A model generated the notes under the pieces. The model was given only the letters and a program-made list of their open reading frames with translations, was not told the DNA's origin and did not search any database. From IMG/VR virus record IMGVR_UViG_3300030103_005479, positions 1-39,490 of that record: a DNA stretch of 39,490 nucleotides; one strand, written 5' to 3'. The position numbers and the translations under genes were made by a program. Positions 35,701 through 39,490 of the stretch are shown here, piece after piece (the first letter of the stretch is position 1; every line of letters begins with the position of its first letter). This DNA is from a virus. Lineage: Duplodnaviria; Caudoviricetes.

Positions 35701-38700
35701 ACGCAGAGAGGATACCACGTCAGGACCGAGAGCGTGGCGTACAGCACAGCCAAGGTTGCCACGCTCAACGTCAAGCCGATGAACAACGAGTCTCCCAACA
35801 TGGCGAGTTGGGGAACCTACGGCTTTGCGAAGAAGGGACGCGTGTACCTCGATGACGGTGCAAGTGCCCTCTATGACGCCAAGAACGGAACGGCTTTCAC
35901 TTTCACCGATAAGATATCTAAGACTGCCACCGTCAATGGCGGCACCGGTGTCATCGACAACATAGTGGGTGGTACATCCGACCTCGTTGTCGGTATGCTA
36001 GTGAACCATGGTCTGTTTGGTGGTGAGGCTAGAATACTCAGAATAGACTCCCCGACTCAAGTGACCTCTACCTCTCCTGCCGCTGGCGGAGGTACTAGCA
36101 ATAATCAAACTGTAGGTTTTACCCATTCGGTCAACTCCAGTTCCCAGACACAGCGCTACTTGGATGCCAACGGAACCAACTACGGCACATTCGACAATTG
36201 GCTCAAGGCAACGGGCAAGGCATCCAACGTCACATTGGGAGCGACTGCCGACCCAATCACAGCCGTCCTGTCATCGGAGCCTGACTTCGGCACCGAGTCA
36301 CTCAGCGAGGATGGCAGCACCGTGAACGACCGCATGTTCCAAGGGGGCGGCAAGGACGTCAACCATGACTACCAACTCGGCACCCAGTACGCGAGCACCA
36401 GAGCACTCGTGGAGATACCCATATTCACGAACCAAGTCTTCGACGACGACATCGCAGGTGTGTTCCCCGGACCTGACAACTCCCTGAGACTCAGCGTAGA
36501 CGCCACTTACACCGCGCACACGTGGAACCCCACGCCAGTGGGCAGGCGTCCGGGCTCGCCGTTCAACAGCGACAGGGCCAAGCACTCGGCCTACGCCCTC
36601 GCAGTCAGCAAGAGGAACGCAGGTAGGAGGGCATTCATCAGCAAGAACATAGTGGTGGATGGAAGCAACCTGCAACTCCACGTCAGTGACATCACCATCT
36701 TCCCATCCTCATCCGCCATATCAGGCGCCTACACCGAGAAGTATCAGGGGATAGACAACAGACCTAGGTTCAGAAGGGTGTTCTTGGAGAGCGGCGCTTG
36801 GGCCCTCTACACGGAGGCGAATGCAGGTGGCTACCTCGTCATACCCGACAAGGAATGGGCAATGACCAAGCAGTTCAGGAGAGAGTACAGGGTGGGGATG
36901 CCGGTCTTCCTCAGTGGTGGAGTCCCGAGCGAGTCGCTCACACCTATCGGAGACGAGCCGTACACCCCCAGCGTCGCATACGAGAATCGCTCCGAGCACT
37001 ACCACGACACTGCCAGTGTGAAGACGCAGGGCGGCAATGTCGACTACGGGCTCAGGCAATACGTCAGTGCAGTCGAGTTCAAGGCCGGTCCTGAGAGCAA
37101 CCCCCACGCTGCTCGCATCGTCCCCAAGAGGGCGACTGGTGTGATAGCCACAGTCAGGGGCTTCGTCGATGACGCTGGGCCCGGTGGTATGGGGATAGCA
37201 ATCGTGTCACTATCATCCGACGAGGACTTCTCCACGTTCCCAGACTTCGGCTTCGACAGCCAGACGTCCCTCGACTTCAGCGTAGGAGACTTCCTCTACG
37301 AGGTGGAGTTGGACGACGCCGGGACGACGAGGAGGCTGCACTACTACGGTAGGATAAGGACCGCTGACAGCCATGACGTGCCTGCCAACTCCATCGCGCT
37401 CGGCTTCTACAACCCAAGTGCTGGGTCCGTACCTTCGTATCTGACAGAGGGGAACCGCATCACCCTCAGCAGGAGGAGCAGGGCCATCCTCAACTTCGAC
37501 AGGTCGAACATAAACGCCGTCAACAACGCATCAATCTTGGACGAGGAGTATGACGCATACTGCATAGAGGCTACTGGGTGGACCCTCACAGCCAGTTCCA
37601 CCAGCAGCGCATCAGTCAGCCTCTTCTCAGTCGGTACCAGTCCGTTGACGTCAAACACACTGGGACCGAATCTCAGGAAGGGGGACCACCTGTTCGTTAA
37701 GGCAAGCGGGAAGTTGACTCCAATCGGAACCGTATCCAAGATGACGACGAGGGACCTATCGGGTGGTACTGACTACACGGTCACCCTCACCGCCAATGCA
37801 GCGACGACGGTAACTACCCAACCCCTCTTCATCTCATTCAGCAACGCCTTCGTGGAGGACCCCGACGCCATACTAAACAGGACATGGGTCTACCCATACG
37901 CCTCTGGCGGCTTCAGGAACGGAGACACCGTATGGTCGAACATGACGCTCAACAACCCACACGCCATGGAGGGACTCTTCGCCAAGAGCAGGGGGGTCCT
38001 GAACGAGGCGAGGGTATGGAAGGGATTCACAGGCGGCGCTGCCACGCTCAGCGACGAGCCTCGCAGCAGCGTGCCACTGGAGAACTTCCTCATCGGCAAG
38101 ACATGCATAGAGACTGCCCAGAACTACGCGCAACACGTGAACAAGACCATCGAGGAGAACTACAAGGCGCTGGGTCTCAACGCCTCCGACGCACCCACGG
38201 TGGCATACGTCGACCCATACCTCGCTGATGACGACCACACCCGAGTCCTTCTCTATGACGTGGCCCATGACAGGGAGTTCATCGCCTTCCAAGACATCTT
38301 CATGCAGGTGCAGACGAGCGCCAAGACCGTCGAGATAGGGTGGCCGAGGAAATTCATCAAGGACGGCTCCCTGATTGACTTGGCAGAGTACGTCGCCACC
38401 AACACAGGGGGAGGACCATCTTGGGCTACCACCCAGATAGACGTCGCTAACGGGTTCCCCTCGCAGAATCCCTACCTCCGTTCCACCCAGCAGTCCAAGT
38501 TCATCGAGTCAGCCTACGCCCATGACGTCGCCAACAGGATAGGTACAGACGTGCTGACTCCCCTGTCAGGCAGTTTGCCCTCGAGCATGGCACCATCGTC
38601 AACCAGCGCGACCTCCCCATCGATATACGGCAAGGCGCATGGACACCACTCCCACACGGGCTACTCACTGTCAGGTGGTCTCTCAGACTACGCGCTTGGT

Positions 38701-39490
38701 GACAGTTCGCAGATGAGGACGTCGGATGAGACGGTGCTGCCTCTCTTCGCCACAATCAAGCACGAGTTCTCCAGAGTCAGGTCTTTCGATGACCTCTTCG
38801 TCACTGAACTCAAGAAACTCAGGAAGGGCACACCCAGTGCTTCTCTGAGAGAGTCCAGCACATTCCACGACACTCCAGACGGCACACGGGTCATCCCCGC
38901 ATTCCTCGCTCTCAAGGGCATCAGAGCCAACACCCTCGACCTCATCTCCCATGAGGAGAGCAGGTTGCAGCACCTGCCGCAATGGAAGCAGATGGAGTTC
39001 ATCAGGAGACTGGACATCGATGTCGGCTCCCTGTCCCTCGCAGAGGATGTCACAGACATAGAGAGCGCAGCCCATGAGATGGTTCGTATCATCAATCAGG
39101 CTGGTGCGACCAAGGCAAAGCGGGTCTTCGATGCCAACACCACCGGCAGCGCACATGACCCCGCCCCTTGGTGGGACGCTGGCGACGCATTCGAGTCGAG
39201 TGACAGGGGTACTCACATGGGCTACCTCAGAGCGCACATAGGGAGGCAGGTTCAGGATTTGGACGGTAACCCCGGATATACCGTCGTCATTCACAGCACT
39301 GTTCCCGGTGCGAGCGGCAGGAACTTCTGCGTATGGCTCGACAACAGCAAGGGTCAGTCGTCCTACAAGCCCCAGTTCATCGTGGGTCACGGTGGCAGGT
39401 GGAGGAACTTCTGGGGCATGCCAGACGAGATAGAGAACGAGAACATGCACCCAGCACCATTACCACTCAACAAGCACGGTAGGCCGTTTG
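32767..39490 (+). CDS. Giant tail/adhesion protein (>2240 aa, partial) with N-terminal LamG/concanavalin A-like domain
   Basis: ATG 32767 after GGTGA; frame 1 appears open to the window end, which explains its absence from the ORF track; AFFFDGVSDSI, FCIEAWVQP, HVVA...LYINGEL, IFVGG...FRGVMEGLHLS. Confidence 0.88.
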   Translation, partial: MAVLGRTNHAFFFDGVSDSIIIPQGRHTKLGDLTPDGKTMSTLLSSNPSGSQTTTLTSGLFGNQFCIEAWVQPDCGGVIVQKQDQFSLSIGNVDTPGPAVFTITLDRPTGIEVVRLSTAVEETNGYDGTVYPPSTFGGPHDSYNRFNSSYDDATSLNINHRPLIHVVAALRSEEAVLYINGELMVKKALRDSDFTLNKSDHHIFVGGKGGQFRGVMEGLHLSNRFTDSLINRNAPLVDENTLVLYRFEEPIAPVQGLFEINPSFSTVGGLTKILFATASDASSLASTLTGNTVTSGTVDFTASPYSMGNYKVFDAHTTPGTTTTRSVAHVPYNLLINAGSINPKTKKPNQKPPERVRLHSINDIDSTPYMLVSSIHIDFVNGDANGLRTALHTRTNDVDDFFVVVGSDLLIDSGTGSPYQPLHYSTQMIDRTGQMIIDECRYDNHGIVYSSRMSTTDVDTDNPFAVAWDTTVVDEKFKIGHSGRHSLNHVDGHPFLRMLPDPSEEIINQTIDAGVDTIDVYYDAALKGVENQIGINARVDILQNTGDFTINDITSTSEVNTIVGNGLPTGSKEVIAIGGTALDILPFMLRGPVPTELPSVAADIDSETRRYHLRPSRNSRVAILHVPSLSTSNLAPFVEVHYNAIDITGKSMEATGDSGTATPYLMVEKTVPAGVTPVGGGSTVYDVINTAIGNGNLTLHAPGGYIDVAMSNSDFNSVISKPNSLVGDTSEGYESDDELDERFTPFSDGSTNYTPRSDSSAQPNTPPKIVTASHTTSDTHESVFHRMLINTVSNSKQKTLTDKTIYSRREPSTVVSSPSNGEFDSGSTSSNTHIHEFFDVIDNHPITDSNTSNMRIYLQPSDRRRVNQMTHLRSMADGVIEPNITTLLYHMSRARVRSVEEKESNGVKSTVIQCRGLSEAAVSRTVSKTGAGSPDSHIVKEIEPNAPVVTVTLGGPGQGTSDIKPTYDPSPLSRLPFSTQRGYHVRTESVAYSTAKVATLNVKPMNNESPNMASWGTYGFAKKGRVYLDDGASALYDAKNGTAFTFTDKISKTATVNGGTGVIDNIVGGTSDLVVGMLVNHGLFGGEARILRIDSPTQVTSTSPAAGGGTSNNQTVGFTHSVNSSSQTQRYLDANGTNYGTFDNWLKATGKASNVTLGATADPITAVLSSEPDFGTESLSEDGSTVNDRMFQGGGKDVNHDYQLGTQYASTRALVEIPIFTNQVFDDDIAGVFPGPDNSLRLSVDATYTAHTWNPTPVGRRPGSPFNSDRAKHSAYALAVSKRNAGRRAFISKNIVVDGSNLQLHVSDITIFPSSSAISGAYTEKYQGIDNRPRFRRVFLESGAWALYTEANAGGYLVIPDKEWAMTKQFRREYRVGMPVFLSGGVPSESLTPIGDEPYTPSVAYENRSEHYHDTASVKTQGGNVDYGLRQYVSAVEFKAGPESNPHAARIVPKRATGVIATVRGFVDDAGPGGMGIAIVSLSSDEDFSTFPDFGFDSQTSLDFSVGDFLYEVELDDAGTTRRLHYYGRIRTADSHDVPANSIALGFYNPSAGSVPSYLTEGNRITLSRRSRAILNFDRSNINAVNNASILDEEYDAYCIEATGWTLTASSTSSASVSLFSVGTSPLTSNTLGPNLRKGDHLFVKASGKLTPIGTVSKMTTRDLSGGTDYTVTLTANAATTVTTQPLFISFSNAFVEDPDAILNRTWVYPYASGGFRNGDTVWSNMTLNNPHAMEGLFAKSRGVLNEARVWKGFTGGAATLSDEPRSSVPLENFLIGKTCIETAQNYAQHVNKTIEENYKALGLNASDAPTVAYVDPYLADDDHTRVLLYDVAHDREFIAFQDIFMQVQTSAKTVEIGWPRKFIKDGSLIDLAEYVATNTGGGPSWATTQIDVANGFPSQNPYLRSTQQSKFIESAYAHDVANRIGTDVLTPLSGSLPSSMAPSSTSATSPSIYGKAHGHHSHTGYSLSGGLSDYALGDSSQMRTSDETVLPLFATIKHEFSRVRSFDDLFVTELKKLRKGTPSASLRESSTFHDTPDGTRVIPAFLALKGIRANTLDLISHEESRLQHLPQWKQMEFIRRLDIDVGSLSLAEDVTDIESAAHEMVRIINQAGATKAKRVFDANTTGSAHDPAPWWDAGDAFESSDRGTHMGYLRAHIGRQVQDLDGNPGYTVVIHSTVPGASGRNFCVWLDNSKGQSSYKPQFIVGHGGRWRNFWGMPDEIENENMHPAPLPLNKHGRPF

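Overview
This window is the virion morphogenesis module of a tailed dsDNA virus (Caudoviricetes), with all real genes on the + strand. GGTGA/GAGGTGA ribosome-binding sites, TATA-like boxes, heavy AGG/AGA and ATA codon use and the MCP/portal style suggest an archaeal host, probably a Marine Group II (Poseidoniales) 'magrovirus'; this is inference, not a database result. Gene order is: AbrB-like fragment, Gln/Met-rich proteins, probable TerS, putative internal head proteins, TerL, small basic proteins, LAGLIDADG-domain protein, portal, mini-scaffold, a 1869-aa protein with a degenerate DNA-ligase domain, HK97-type protease/scaffold, MCP, head and neck proteins, tail terminator, tail tube, tail chaperones with a probable -1 frameshift, a very short tape measure, a distal tail protein and a >2200-aa LamG-containing protein that runs off the window. 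The most notable signal is a recurrent hydrophobic-X-K|[S/A/G] motif and a longer 'EPMDDAWxxLLK' tag across scaffold, MCP and many head-region ORFs. These suggest a protease-processed, modular capsid-cargo system in which the tag DNA also borders an AT-rich inserted cassette. No CRISPR array, RNA gene or integrase was recognised.
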